The notes under the pieces: model-generated
Seen by the model: only the letters and a program-made list of their open reading frames with translations
Told to the model about the DNA's origin: nothing
The model's database searches: none
IMG/VR virus record: IMGVR_UViG_2563366910_000001
Reading direction: 5' to 3' (one strand)
From: a virus
Lineage: Duplodnaviria > Heunggongvirae > Uroviricota > Caudoviricetes
DNA: 40,977 nt
Program-made: the position numbers and the translations under genes
Shown here: in pieces, positions 1 to 8,881 of the stretch
How the letters are laid out: each line of letters begins with the position of its first letter
Numbering within the stretch: the first letter of the stretch is position 1

Positions 1-1143
1 CTATGCTGTTTTGATATCTACGATAATCCAGTCTTTACCACGATCATCATTGTATCGGTCGGTCATTTTTCTGGATTTATGACCTAACAACTTTTGCGTA
101 TCCAGACCCTGTTCCCGATATAACCGTTCTGACAGAGATCGCTGCTCATGAAATGTGGGCGCAGTTCCTGGCTCCCATTTTATGCCACATTTTTCCCTGG
201 CCTTTTTAAAAGCCGTTGTAAGAGTATTTGCAGACACCTGGTCTCCTCTGTTTGCTTGAGAGGTAGTGTGACGGTAATGGACCAGATATTTACTAACAAC
301 AGCATCCCTGCACTGAGATATAACTTCACGAAGGGTAATATTCAGAGCATCGCATTTCAGGTTAAGCGGAATAGCAAGTTTTGAACCGGTTTTTTCCTGA
401 GTAATGTGCAACATGTCGTCCCAGATATCAGAGAATTTCAAATTGCAGATATCGCCTAAACGTTGTCCAGTGACAAGAGCAAGTAGCATCCCGCATTTTA
501 AATAGGGCTGCCGTCTGCTTACGCTGTCAAATATTGCCTGCCATTCGGGCAGTGATAATCTTTGGCGGTTTACTCGATTTCGCGGTTGTTTTGTTGCCTG
601 CGCTGGGTTAAATCCTGGCGGAACATGTCCTGCGTGTTGTGCTTCTTTGAAGACGTCGATCAACACCATTCTCACGACTTGCGCCATCCTGTTATGACCT
701 TCAGCCTTTACAGCATCAATTATTTCGGCAATATCAAGTGCGGTAATATCCTTGAGGTGTTGCATTCCACAATGCTCACGGAAAAGACGAATGGGTTTGC
801 CTTTTTGCCGATAGGAGTTGGGTCTTAGTTCATTATGTTGCAGCCTGTCCTCCTGGATAGAAATATATTTATCAAGCCATTCTGTCACCGTAATGTCTGA
901 GCGCCTGCCTTTCATTCTTTCTAGACGCTCATTGACGCTTAATATTTGTCGGGTACGTTGTTCAGCAATAATGGTATTTGCTTCAGTAGCAACTTGTTTT
1001 GCTTCATTCTCATCAGTTCCTAAGCTATGAAAACGACCGGATAGTGGATGTTTGTATTGCCAATATACCTTTCCGGTTCGCTTATCTAATTTGCAATATA
1101 AATTGGGTATAGAGATTTTGTGAGATCGGGGTCTAGCAGCCAT
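1..1143 (-). CDS. int: Tyrosine recombinase, phage integrase (lambda Int family)
   Basis: 380-aa ORF ending at the window edge. C-terminal catalytic region resembles lambda Int (TFHEQRSLSERLY...LLGHKS...MTDRYNDDRG with the terminal Tyr), as recalled. First gene of the prophage, with xis overlapping upstream. Confidence 0.92.
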   Translation of the reverse strand: MAARPRSHKISIPNLYCKLDKRTGKVYWQYKHPLSGRFHSLGTDENEAKQVATEANTIIAEQRTRQILSVNERLERMKGRRSDITVTEWLDKYISIQEDRLQHNELRPNSYRQKGKPIRLFREHCGMQHLKDITALDIAEIIDAVKAEGHNRMAQVVRMVLIDVFKEAQHAGHVPPGFNPAQATKQPRNRVNRQRLSLPEWQAIFDSVSRRQPYLKCGMLLALVTGQRLGDICNLKFSDIWDDMLHITQEKTGSKLAIPLNLKCDALNITLREVISQCRDAVVSKYLVHYRHTTSQANRGDQVSANTLTTAFKKAREKCGIKWEPGTAPTFHEQRSLSERLYREQGLDTQKLLGHKSRKMTDRYNDDRGKDWIIVDIKTA

Positions 1144-1369
1144 CAGCGATTATCCGTTGGAGTTTTGGGTTTGCGTTTATTGGGAGTTGCGGTTCTGCAA
1201 GCGTTCCTACAAAACGGGAATTTCGGTCAATCATCCAGTAGCGACCAACTTTTATAGCGGGTGGGGCCATCATTTTCCCTTGCGCGTATTTTTTCAGAAC
1301 TCGCTCACTTGGTGCTAAGTCCCCAAATTCTTCTTTAGCCCAGTCCTGTAAAGTGATTAGTCGAGACAT
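1133..1369 (-). CDS. xis: Excisionase (Xis-like)
   Basis: 78-aa ORF overlapping the int start by 11 nt. Small basic protein in the canonical position upstream of int; N-terminal LITLQDWA motif resembles lambda Xis LTLQEWNA as recalled. Confidence 0.75.
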   Translation of the reverse strand: MSRLITLQDWAKEEFGDLAPSERVLKKYAQGKMMAPPAIKVGRYWMIDRNSRFVGTLAEPQLPINANPKLQRIIADGC

Positions 1370-1508
1370 TTGTCCTCCTCTTAGCTGCTGAGGGAGTTTG
1401 TGACCGATATATCTGACATGATATTAAGCTCATGGCAGGTACATCTCTTGACTGGTCATAGAGATAAATTTAATGCTGAGAAATGCAGTATTGAATTTAT
1501 CAATTTTT

Positions 1509-1748
1509 CTATTTCCTGCGTATGGCACGTAACTTCTTAATGTGTTCTGCTGTTTCGATCTCTTCAGCTATCCGATCTGCGTCAGCTTTATTCACAGGTT
1601 CAAAGTCATGATTAAAGCGGAACATGCTGGCGATACATGTTCTGCCTTTTCGGATGTAGTGAACTTTGTTGTGAGTGGAACGCAGGATTTTGCAGGGAGT
1701 GCCGTGGTGGTCGACGTACCAGGTGTTAGGGTAAATCACTCTGAACAT
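1509..1748 (-). CDS. Hypothetical early-left protein (79 aa)
   Basis: ORF in the leftward operon orientation between xis and the accessory genes; no motif recognised. Confidence 0.45.
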   Translation of the reverse strand: MFRVIYPNTWYVDHHGTPCKILRSTHNKVHYIRKGRTCIASMFRFNHDFEPVNKADADRIAEEIETAEHIKKLRAIRRK

Positions 1749-1773
1749 TCTTGACCTTGTGTTGTGCGGATTG

Positions 1774-2058
1774 TTATTCAGTGCCGATATTTACCTTTAT
1801 CGCGTATACCTTTACCGGTTTATCACCGAAGTGCGGATGTGTGATTGTCTTCACTTCATATCCGTCATACGGAACATCAACTCTGCGGCTGGAATCGTCG
1901 CGCTTCGGATATCCCTTTGTGATAATCAGGCGGTCATGCTTACGGTTAACGAGGCGCTTTTTCCAGTAGTCATTACACAGGCGATACTCTTCCGTTTTCT
2001 CTCCGCGAATCATGGCATCGAAGTATTCACCTTTAACGGCAAGTTGCAGGTTAGCCAC
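1774..2058 (-). CDS. ASCH-like small protein (GxKxxExR motif)
   Basis: Proposed GTG start at 2056-2058, preceded on the minus strand by AAGGAG with a 6-nt spacer. Protein contains EYFDAMIRGEKTEEYR, matching the ASCH-type GxKxxExR signature. An in-frame ATG at 2011-2013 would cut into this motif. Confidence 0.5.
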   Translation of the reverse strand: MANLQLAVKGEYFDAMIRGEKTEEYRLCNDYWKKRLVNRKHDRLIITKGYPKRDDSSRRVDVPYDGYEVKTITHPHFGDKPVKVYAIKVNIGTE

Positions 2059-2791
2059 GGTTAACTCCTTGCTGTGTGGCGTCGAGTAATAAATCCCACA
2101 ACCGCTGAGAGCAATTTCCGCATGTACAGCGTTGACCCACAACGTTTATCGCGTTGCTGATTTCCGGCGTTACCTGTTTAGGAACCATAACCCAACCATC
2201 CGGAGTTACCGGAAGCGAGAACGGCAGCACATCTCTGTGAACAAGTTTTTGCTGTGACAGGTTATCCAGAACTTTCTGTACTGCTGCATCACCGAATACA
2301 CCAAGCGCATCTGCCATAACTCCTACAACCTGATAAGCCTCAGCGCATACCGTGGATAAACCATCCGGAATTACCGGAGAGTTGCCGGGTTCTTTAATGT
2401 GCAAGCGAGGCTCACCATCTTTTGGCTCAGGCCACTGGCGCTCCATGTTGATCTTCAATTTATCTTCCATAGCAACGGTAATTTCAGCATCGCTGATGCC
2501 AGCACGGCGCTGTGCATCCCACAACAGAAACTGCATATCAGCCCACTCGCTAAGATCGTCTGGTTCGGCTGCGGCTTCCAGTGCCTCTTTTGAGAGGTGT
2601 TTCAGTGGACCAATGGGGCCAACGCAGCCAAATGTGGAGTCAGACCATTTGGCATGCTCGTGGCGAATCTGTTCGCGTTCCAGTGATGCCAGTGCAATTC
2701 GTGCTAGTTCCATTTGTTCGCCACGAGTAAGCCCGTTTTCAAGCGGATTTTTAATGAACAATTCAATACGTTCTTTGGTAATAGTGGTCAT
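2051..2791 (-). CDS. Hypothetical early-left protein (246 aa) with PVIPDG-type motifs
   Basis: Long ORF in operon orientation; stop overlaps the start of the downstream ASCH-like gene. Contains NSPVIPDGL and PVTPDGW motifs shared with neighbouring genes. Confidence 0.55.
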   Translation of the reverse strand: MTTITKERIELFIKNPLENGLTRGEQMELARIALASLEREQIRHEHAKWSDSTFGCVGPIGPLKHLSKEALEAAAEPDDLSEWADMQFLLWDAQRRAGISDAEITVAMEDKLKINMERQWPEPKDGEPRLHIKEPGNSPVIPDGLSTVCAEAYQVVGVMADALGVFGDAAVQKVLDNLSQQKLVHRDVLPFSLPVTPDGWVMVPKQVTPEISNAINVVGQRCTCGNCSQRLWDLLLDATQQGVNRG

Positions 2792-2997
2792 GTGTTAATC
2801 CTCAAAACTTTATGCCCGGGCGCAAAAGTACGTGTTTTGTCTTTGCTTATTCGCCACCCGTCTTTACGGGCCTCTTTTGCACAACCAGACCATGACGTAC
2901 CGATATACTCACCGAAGTCTGGCACTGGATATACACCTTCCGTACACTGGCGACAATCACAATAGAGATGCATGGTGTAACTTGCGGCAATAGCCAT
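2788..2997 (-). CDS. Cys-rich small protein (69 aa)
   Basis: ATG at 2995-2997 lies 1 nt after the upstream TGA (2999-3001). Contains a CDCRQC cluster; possible zinc-binding. 3' end overlaps the next gene by 4 nt. Confidence 0.45.
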   Translation of the reverse strand: MAIAASYTMHLYCDCRQCTEGVYPVPDFGEYIGTSWSGCAKEARKDGWRISKDKTRTFAPGHKVLRINT

Positions 2998-2998
2998 A

Positions 2999-3607
2999 TC
3001 ACTCTCTTTTTCCCTGAAGCATGGCAGCGTGGCAGGCATCCTCTACGCCCTTAACTGCATCTGCGCAGTAGTTATAGCGATTGCATTCCACTAACTTCTG
3101 CCTGAGATTTTCAATTGCTTGCGCGACATCAGCCTGTATTACAGGAACTGGCGGAACGGCTGTCTGCTGCTCTCGAACGTCATTAGTCGCTATCGGTTCT
3201 GCTGCCAACTGACTGGCATATTTGTTAATGGTAACGATAAGCTCTTGCTCAGCCTCATCCAGACAATCACCGATACCTCGCCTGTCGCCGTCAAAATCAT
3301 CGAAATCAGCACGAACTCTGGCAAATTTCAGGATTGCGGACAACACCTCACCAGGAATTACCGGAGAGTTGGTTGACGTTTCCGAAATTTCCCGAAAATT
3401 ATTGGTTGACGAATTCGCGTTTTCCCGAAAGTTTCCGGCATGAAGCATAGCCGCGCGGCAGGCGTTCCAGCCTCTCACCTCTGCAATAGCGGCAACAGCA
3501 TCGACCGCGTACATGCTAAGAGGGTTAGGCATTGGTTTTTCTTCAGGTACTACTGGCACTGGCTTGGCATATATAGCGGCTGAACATACCAACCCTTTGA
3601 TAACCAA
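2999..3607 (-). CDS. Hypothetical early-left protein (up to 202 aa)
   Basis: ORF in operon orientation with PVPVVPEE and NSPVIPGEV motifs. Start uncertain: in-frame Met codons at 3607, 3532 and 3514, and the upstream gene stops at 3550. Confidence 0.5.
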   Translation of the reverse strand: MVIKGLVCSAAIYAKPVPVVPEEKPMPNPLSMYAVDAVAAIAEVRGWNACRAAMLHAGNFRENANSSTNNFREISETSTNSPVIPGEVLSAILKFARVRADFDDFDGDRRGIGDCLDEAEQELIVTINKYASQLAAEPIATNDVREQQTAVPPVPVIQADVAQAIENLRQKLVECNRYNYCADAVKGVEDACHAAMLQGKRE

Positions 3608-3804
3608 CTGTCAGCAATGTTTTTACTCCTCGTTATTGCCGGAATACCTAAGCCATTGTCTGAATGCAGCCATGCCACCGGATTCTCTTCCAGCGATGCC
3701 AGAGCAATTTCATAAGCCCGGCGCTCAACATTGTCTCGCACATCCAAACTGCTGATACGCTCTTTGATTTCTTTAATCAGTTCTTTGTCGGTAAAAGTGC
3801 TCAT
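3550..3804 (-). CDS. Hypothetical small protein (84 aa)
   Basis: ATG at 3802-3804 lies 1 nt after the upstream stop (3806-3808), the same TGAtATG junction as at 2995-3001. Confidence 0.4.
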   Translation of the reverse strand: MSTFTDKELIKEIKERISSLDVRDNVERRAYEIALASLEENPVAWLHSDNGLGIPAITRSKNIADSWLSKGWYVQPLYMPSQCQ

Positions 3805-3805
3805 A

Positions 3806-4173
3806 TCAATCTCCATTGGTATCAATGTTTACAGCCTGACAAGACTCTTTGAGCACCCAGTCAATAGCGTCTTTCCATGCCTCTGTTTCGACTGGTGGAT
3901 TTTCACGCTTAACCTGTTCATAGAAGCGCACTGCTTTAACCAGTCCTTCCGGTACTACTGGTGATGGCTGTTTAGCTTCTAAATCAGCAATTCTGTCAAC
4001 CACGGCATCGACAGCATCTGAAAAGCCGAACCAGTTGCTCCACTCCGGCTCATCCCCGGTTGCTGCAAAGTACATATCTGCTAAAGCAGATTCAGCATGG
4101 TCACGCTCGTTAATGAGTTGCTCTTCGCTTTTCTCCAGTTCAGCAATACGCTTACCCCCATCCGAGATAACAC
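3806..4173 (-). pseudogene. 5'-truncated early-left gene interrupted by IS911
   Basis: The ORF 3806..4222 continues 49 nt into the IS911 left inverted repeat, so its first ~16 codons are IS-derived. The native portion (coiled-coil-like, with a PSPVVPEGL motif) begins at the IS boundary. Confidence 0.5.
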
Positions 4174-4245
4174 TGAAGTGGTTTACTGAATTTGGCCACC
4201 TGAACAGAGGTGATATGCTCACCTCAGAACAACACAGGTGCCATA

Positions 4246-5393
<1,148 letters not shown>

Positions 5394-5457
5394 CTCGGTG
5401 GCCAGTTTTTGTTGACCACTTCAATTCACCCCTACAGAGAGCAAAAGAGAAACGCCG

Positions 5458-6039
5458 ATGAACAACTCATGGTGGCAGGAACTAATGCATTTTTTCCTGC
5501 AAGGAATGACACTTAAACAGTTGATTCATATGCTAATCATCCTGATCATATTGATTATTGTTATGCCGGTAAGCGTAAAAGAATGGATAAACCTGCATAG
5601 TCCAGAAATCCTTCCTCATTACTGGATGTATTACATCCTGTTGTTTTGCGTTAGCTATGTGCTTAACGGCGTTGTTAATTCCGCTTATCACGCTGTGACT
5701 GAAAGAATTGAGGTATTCGCTGCTCAGAAGCGCAAATCTAAAGAAGAAAAATATGTGCAAGATTTGTTTGATTCGTTAACTCTTGGAGAAAGAGCGTATT
5801 TGGCATTCGCTGTAGCCGCTAATAACCAGCTACAAACGGAAAAGGGCGCTCATGAATCAATTTCATTGCTCAAAAAAGGACTCCTCGTTCGAAGGCCTCC
5901 TGCTGTTGGATATCCTGATACCGACCGTTTCGTTATCCCTGAAAGCTATAGACATGAGTGCTACATTAGGTTTGCCGGGAAGGCAGACAGCCTTATGGAT
6001 GAACTTATCGCTCAGGATAAGCATGGCAAAAACAAGTAA
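5458..6039 (+). CDS. sieB: Superinfection exclusion protein B-like membrane protein
   Basis: 193-aa ORF with a hydrophobic N-terminal region (LIHMLIILIILIIVMPV...YYILLFCVSYVL). Rightward gene convergent with N, immediately left of it, which is the sieB position in lambda. AT-rich. Confidence 0.5.
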   Translation: MNNSWWQELMHFFLQGMTLKQLIHMLIILIILIIVMPVSVKEWINLHSPEILPHYWMYYILLFCVSYVLNGVVNSAYHAVTERIEVFAAQKRKSKEEKYVQDLFDSLTLGERAYLAFAVAANNQLQTEKGAHESISLLKKGLLVRRPPAVGYPDTDRFVIPESYRHECYIRFAGKADSLMDELIAQDKHGKNK

Positions 6040-6055
6040 TTAGCAAATGAATTTA

Positions 6056-6328
6056 TCATCTCGCCGTCAGTTGTTTTGATTTCCGGTAGCCTGCCGCGTA
6101 AAGAGCTACGTTCGGAAGACAAGTTGAACCTTCATATTTTCTGGTCAACGTTGTCAGAGTTATCACTTCTGCTCTCATTGCTGGTTTGAGCTTGCATTGC
6201 AAGACCACTCGTGAAGGGGTTGGCCTGTGTAGCTTGTCGGAGCTGATCGCCTCCTGACTTTGCAGATTTGCGCGACGAGCTCTACGGCGAGAAGCTGCGG
6301 TGCCTTTAAATTCTGTTTTTCTGGACAT
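6056..6328 (-). CDS. N: N-like transcription antitermination protein (arginine-rich motif)
   Basis: Proposed start MSRKTEFKGTAASRRRARRANLQ carries an arginine-rich motif near the N-terminus, like the boxB-binding motifs of lambda/21 N. First gene leftward of the pL/nutL region; RBS GGAGG upstream of the ATG at 6326-6328. Confidence 0.6.
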   Translation of the reverse strand: MSRKTEFKGTAASRRRARRANLQSQEAISSDKLHRPTPSRVVLQCKLKPAMRAEVITLTTLTRKYEGSTCLPNVALYAAGYRKSKQLTAR

Positions 6329-6426
6329 GGATTCCTCCCGAATAAACTTTGGCGATGCAATCTCGAAGCTCCTCCTGAGACGGTTGCTTCGGCATTGCAT
6401 CCCACAGCTTATGTGGTTGGGTGATC

Positions 6427-6471
6427 TGGCTTTTCAGCCACGTAGTCGAGAGTCGACGTTGTTTAAAGAGC
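6427..6471 (-). promoter_or_regulatory. nutL candidate (boxA GCTCTTTAA + boxB hairpin TGGCTGAAAAGCCA)
   Basis: On the minus strand: boxA-like GGCTCTTTAA (6463-6472), a 22-nt spacer, then a 5-bp stem with GAAA loop (6427-6440). Same architecture and spacer motif (AACAACG...CTACG) as the nutR candidate. Confidence 0.5.
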
Positions 6472-6519
6472 CTGCCAGTCTGTTCCATTTGGCTTCCAGC
6501 GTCCTGCTGACGGTTAAAT

Positions 6520-6620
6520 AGTACGATATGTACTTTACAAGATCAATACAATTTGTTGTAAGTTGGCGTGGTTTTTTATAACGCTTTGTATTTAATAGTG
6601 TTGTTTTTTAGCGTGGATGT
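6520..6620 (-). promoter_or_regulatory. Putative pL promoter / OL operator region
   Basis: AT-rich region upstream of nutL/N with short palindromes (AGTACGATATGTACT; ATACAATTTGTTGTA) resembling the TACA/TGTA half-sites between cI and cro. Exact sites not resolved. Confidence 0.3.
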
Positions 6621-6732
6621 ATTGCCTCGGCGATGTAAGGAGAGATCAGAATTGCGTGGTTTAGTGGGTTGCATCTATTTATTTTTCAATAAATATAATT
6701 GGTTATGTGTTTTTAGGTGGGCGAACGTGAGG

Positions 6733-6759
6733 CAAAGAAAACCCGGCGCTGAGGCCGGG
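6733..6759 (-). terminator. Rho-independent terminator after the cI-linked operon (tImm-like)
   Basis: Minus strand: CCCGGCCUCAGCGCCGGG hairpin followed by UUUUCUUU, 6 nt downstream of the stop of gene 6765..7517. Confidence 0.5.
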
Positions 6760-6764
6760 TTGTA

Positions 6765-7517
6765 TTATGCTGCAAGTCTCTTAACCCAAGTCTCTCTTTT
6801 GGAGAATGGTAGAACTTGGCTTGATTCATGGAAGAGTAAGGAGAGTTGTTGCATTTGATCACCAATTGCTTCGCTGTCTATAACAACAAATCTGTTGTTA
6901 TACTCCTCACTTGAAGCTTTAAGATCAATTAGTTTCCCAAGCAATGAGTAAGCACTATTCCAGCTTCCTCCGTGTTTCACGCTTGATGTAAAAACGTATT
7001 TAGGTATGTCGGTTTTTATTGTTACAGGGACGGTAATTTGATGTCCACTCAAGCCATATACGTTTTCACGAAGAGAAAGTGCGTCTCTAAGCTCTGTGTG
7101 ATATAGATAATCAATAACCATACTTTCAAACTTTTCAGCTTGAACTGGCTGATACCAGTCTAACGACAAAGTTGATGCGAGTATACCAGCTCTAATTATG
7201 TTCGATGTAATCGCACCGACATCCTTTTCTGTTGCCCAAGCAATGATTTCTCCTCGAGCATTGAGTTCTGCGCCTTCTTTAAGCAGTAATTGTCGTATCT
7301 CATCAAGTCGTTTTTTGGTAAGCGAGATCCCTCTTGCCTCCATATTCATTAAGGCATCGCATCTGTCACTAACTAAATACCTACCATTGACTTCACGGAT
7401 AAAGGCACCGACATGCTCTCCATCATCACAGTAAGTGAATGGACTGATAATTCTCAAGGTCTTGCCTATTGGATGGCATTCGAAACCTAGTTGTGAGATC
7501 ACTGTTGAGCACATCAT
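6765..7517 (-). CDS. Hypothetical protein (250 aa), distal gene of cI-linked cassette
   Basis: ATG at 7515-7517 overlaps the upstream stop (ATGA coupling). AT-rich relative to flanking phage genes. No motif recognised. Followed by the terminator at 6733-6759. Confidence 0.6.
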   Translation of the reverse strand: MMCSTVISQLGFECHPIGKTLRIISPFTYCDDGEHVGAFIREVNGRYLVSDRCDALMNMEARGISLTKKRLDEIRQLLLKEGAELNARGEIIAWATEKDVGAITSNIIRAGILASTLSLDWYQPVQAEKFESMVIDYLYHTELRDALSLRENVYGLSGHQITVPVTIKTDIPKYVFTSSVKHGGSWNSAYSLLGKLIDLKASSEEYNNRFVVIDSEAIGDQMQQLSLLFHESSQVLPFSKRETWVKRLAA

Positions 7518-8071
7518 ATTCCAAACCCCATTTGCCCCGACTCATCTTCAAGCGGTAAAGGTATTCTCCCAGAGTAAGTTATGTTCAGATGTTTACAGAA
7601 GTAATTCCAATACCCTACCAGGTCATCTGGGTTTATGTCATCTTCGATTGGAAACGCTATTCTATCACTATAGTATCCAGCTTCTTCATAGTATACATGG
7701 TAGTGAGCACCGTAAATGATATCTTGGTACTTCGGATGATCGACCTTGTAACTATTCGTGTGTTTGTCAAAGTGATAGGTATCTACCGCGAAAACCCTCT
7801 TGTTATGATAGAAAGCAATAATATTTATTTTAGGGTAAGAAATCGGGTCATCAGGTTCTGAATCCTGATCTGGTTTCCATTTCAGTTCAAACTTTAGCCC
7901 TTGTATAGGTATACAATCCTCATCCAAGGGGATGATATGGGCTTGTAGCCACATATCAGAGCGACTTGGTTTCTGTTTCCATTTAACGCCAGAAAAGTTA
8001 ACTATTTTTTTACAATAAAGTACTTTATCAACTTCTACTTGGCTTGGCTGATAATCATCTATTTTTGCCAA
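7514..8071 (-). CDS. Hypothetical protein (185 aa), proximal gene of cI-linked cassette
   Basis: ORF begins 39 nt after the cI stop. The only start at the 5' end is TTG (8069-8071) with a weak SD; the next in-frame ATG is at 7954. AT-rich, His/Tyr/Asp-rich C-terminal half. No motif recognised. Confidence 0.5.
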   Translation of the reverse strand: MAKIDDYQPSQVEVDKVLYCKKIVNFSGVKWKQKPSRSDMWLQAHIIPLDEDCIPIQGLKFELKWKPDQDSEPDDPISYPKINIIAFYHNKRVFAVDTYHFDKHTNSYKVDHPKYQDIIYGAHYHVYYEEAGYYSDRIAFPIEDDINPDDLVGYWNYFCKHLNITYSGRIPLPLEDESGQMGFGI

Positions 8072-8110
8072 TGTTTACCGCCCTGTAAATTGTAGATAAA
8101 AGTGGTTTCA

Positions 8111-8764
8111 TCACCCAAACGTCTCTTCAGGCCATTGGCTGGCGATAACTTTCCCCACAACGGAACAACTCTCATTGCATGGGATCATTGGGTATTGTGG
8201 GTTTAGTGGCTGTAGAAACACCTGACCGCTATCCCTGATCAGTTTCTTGAAGGTAAATTCATCACCACCAAGTCTGGCTATGCAGAAATCGCCGGGCTCA
8301 ACAGCTTGCTCAGGGTCAACCAGAATTAACATCCCGTCAGGAAAGCTGGGTTTGGAACCTGTTGGTGCGGTCATTGAGTTACCTTCAACCTCAAGCCAGA
8401 ATGCAGAGTCACTGGCTTTTTTGGTTGTGCTTACCAATCTCTCCGCATCGCCTTTGGTAAAGGTTCTGAGTTCTGGAGAGAACATCCCAGCCTGAACATG
8501 AGAAAAAACAGGGTACTCATATTGTTTTTTAACTGGGGCCGATGAGTATTCGCCAACAGGTGAAAATGTCCCGTCGTGGTTGAATGATATGTTATCAATA
8601 CCAAGGTATTTAAACACCACACCAATATCACTAAGAGATGGATGACGAGATCCGCGCAACCAGTGTCCAATCCCACCCTGCGTCATACCTAGCTCTTCGG
8701 CTAACTTCTCTTGAGTTATGCCGAGCTCTTTCATTCTGGATCTAGCCAGTTCATACCATTTCAT
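8111..8764 (-). CDS. cI: CI-type prophage repressor (HTH_XRE + S24 LexA-like peptidase domain)
   Basis: N-terminal HTH ([20 protein letters not shown]) and a C-terminal S24 autocleavage domain. Start chosen at ATG 8762-8764 (AAGGA 7 nt upstream); alternative starts at 8770, 8806 and 8812. Confidence 0.85.
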   Translation of the reverse strand: MKWYELARSRMKELGITQEKLAEELGMTQGGIGHWLRGSRHPSLSDIGVVFKYLGIDNISFNHDGTFSPVGEYSSAPVKKQYEYPVFSHVQAGMFSPELRTFTKGDAERLVSTTKKASDSAFWLEVEGNSMTAPTGSKPSFPDGMLILVDPEQAVEPGDFCIARLGGDEFTFKKLIRDSGQVFLQPLNPQYPMIPCNESCSVVGKVIASQWPEETFG

Positions 8765-8881
8765 TTTCATGTCCTTATTATTACGCTCTGTACTGGAACC
8801 ATCCATGCACAATGTGTATTTTTACTTGTATTCGCAAAGTACATATTGTATTTTTTTATTCGTGTTTACTATGGAGGGCAT
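8765..8881. promoter_or_regulatory. Divergent PRM/PR promoter and OR operator region
   Basis: 117-bp AT-rich intergenic region between divergent cI and cro, with repeated ACA-n3-TGT palindromes (ACAATGTGT 8809-8817; TACATATTGTA 8841-8851). Confidence 0.45.

Noticed and set aside
1-60. Search for attL or a tRNA integration target next to int
   Set aside because: The window begins exactly at the int stop codon, so the attachment site and any tRNA target lie outside it. No tRNA-like structure was seen anywhere in the window.
148-828. Plus-strand ORFs (78, 88 aa) within the integrase gene
   Set aside because: Antisense to int; no RBS or homology.
5533-5760. 75-aa minus-strand ORF antisense to the sieB-like gene
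   Set aside because: Poly-Phe/Asn-rich translation from an AT-rich region; the plus-strand membrane protein is the better model. It would only matter if it were the lost 5' part of the IS-truncated gene, which the frame and composition do not support.
6568-6858. 96-aa plus-strand ORF in the pL/OL region
   Set aside because: Lies in the AT-rich regulatory region and runs into the 3' end of the cI-linked operon on the opposite strand; no RBS. More likely promoter/operator DNA.
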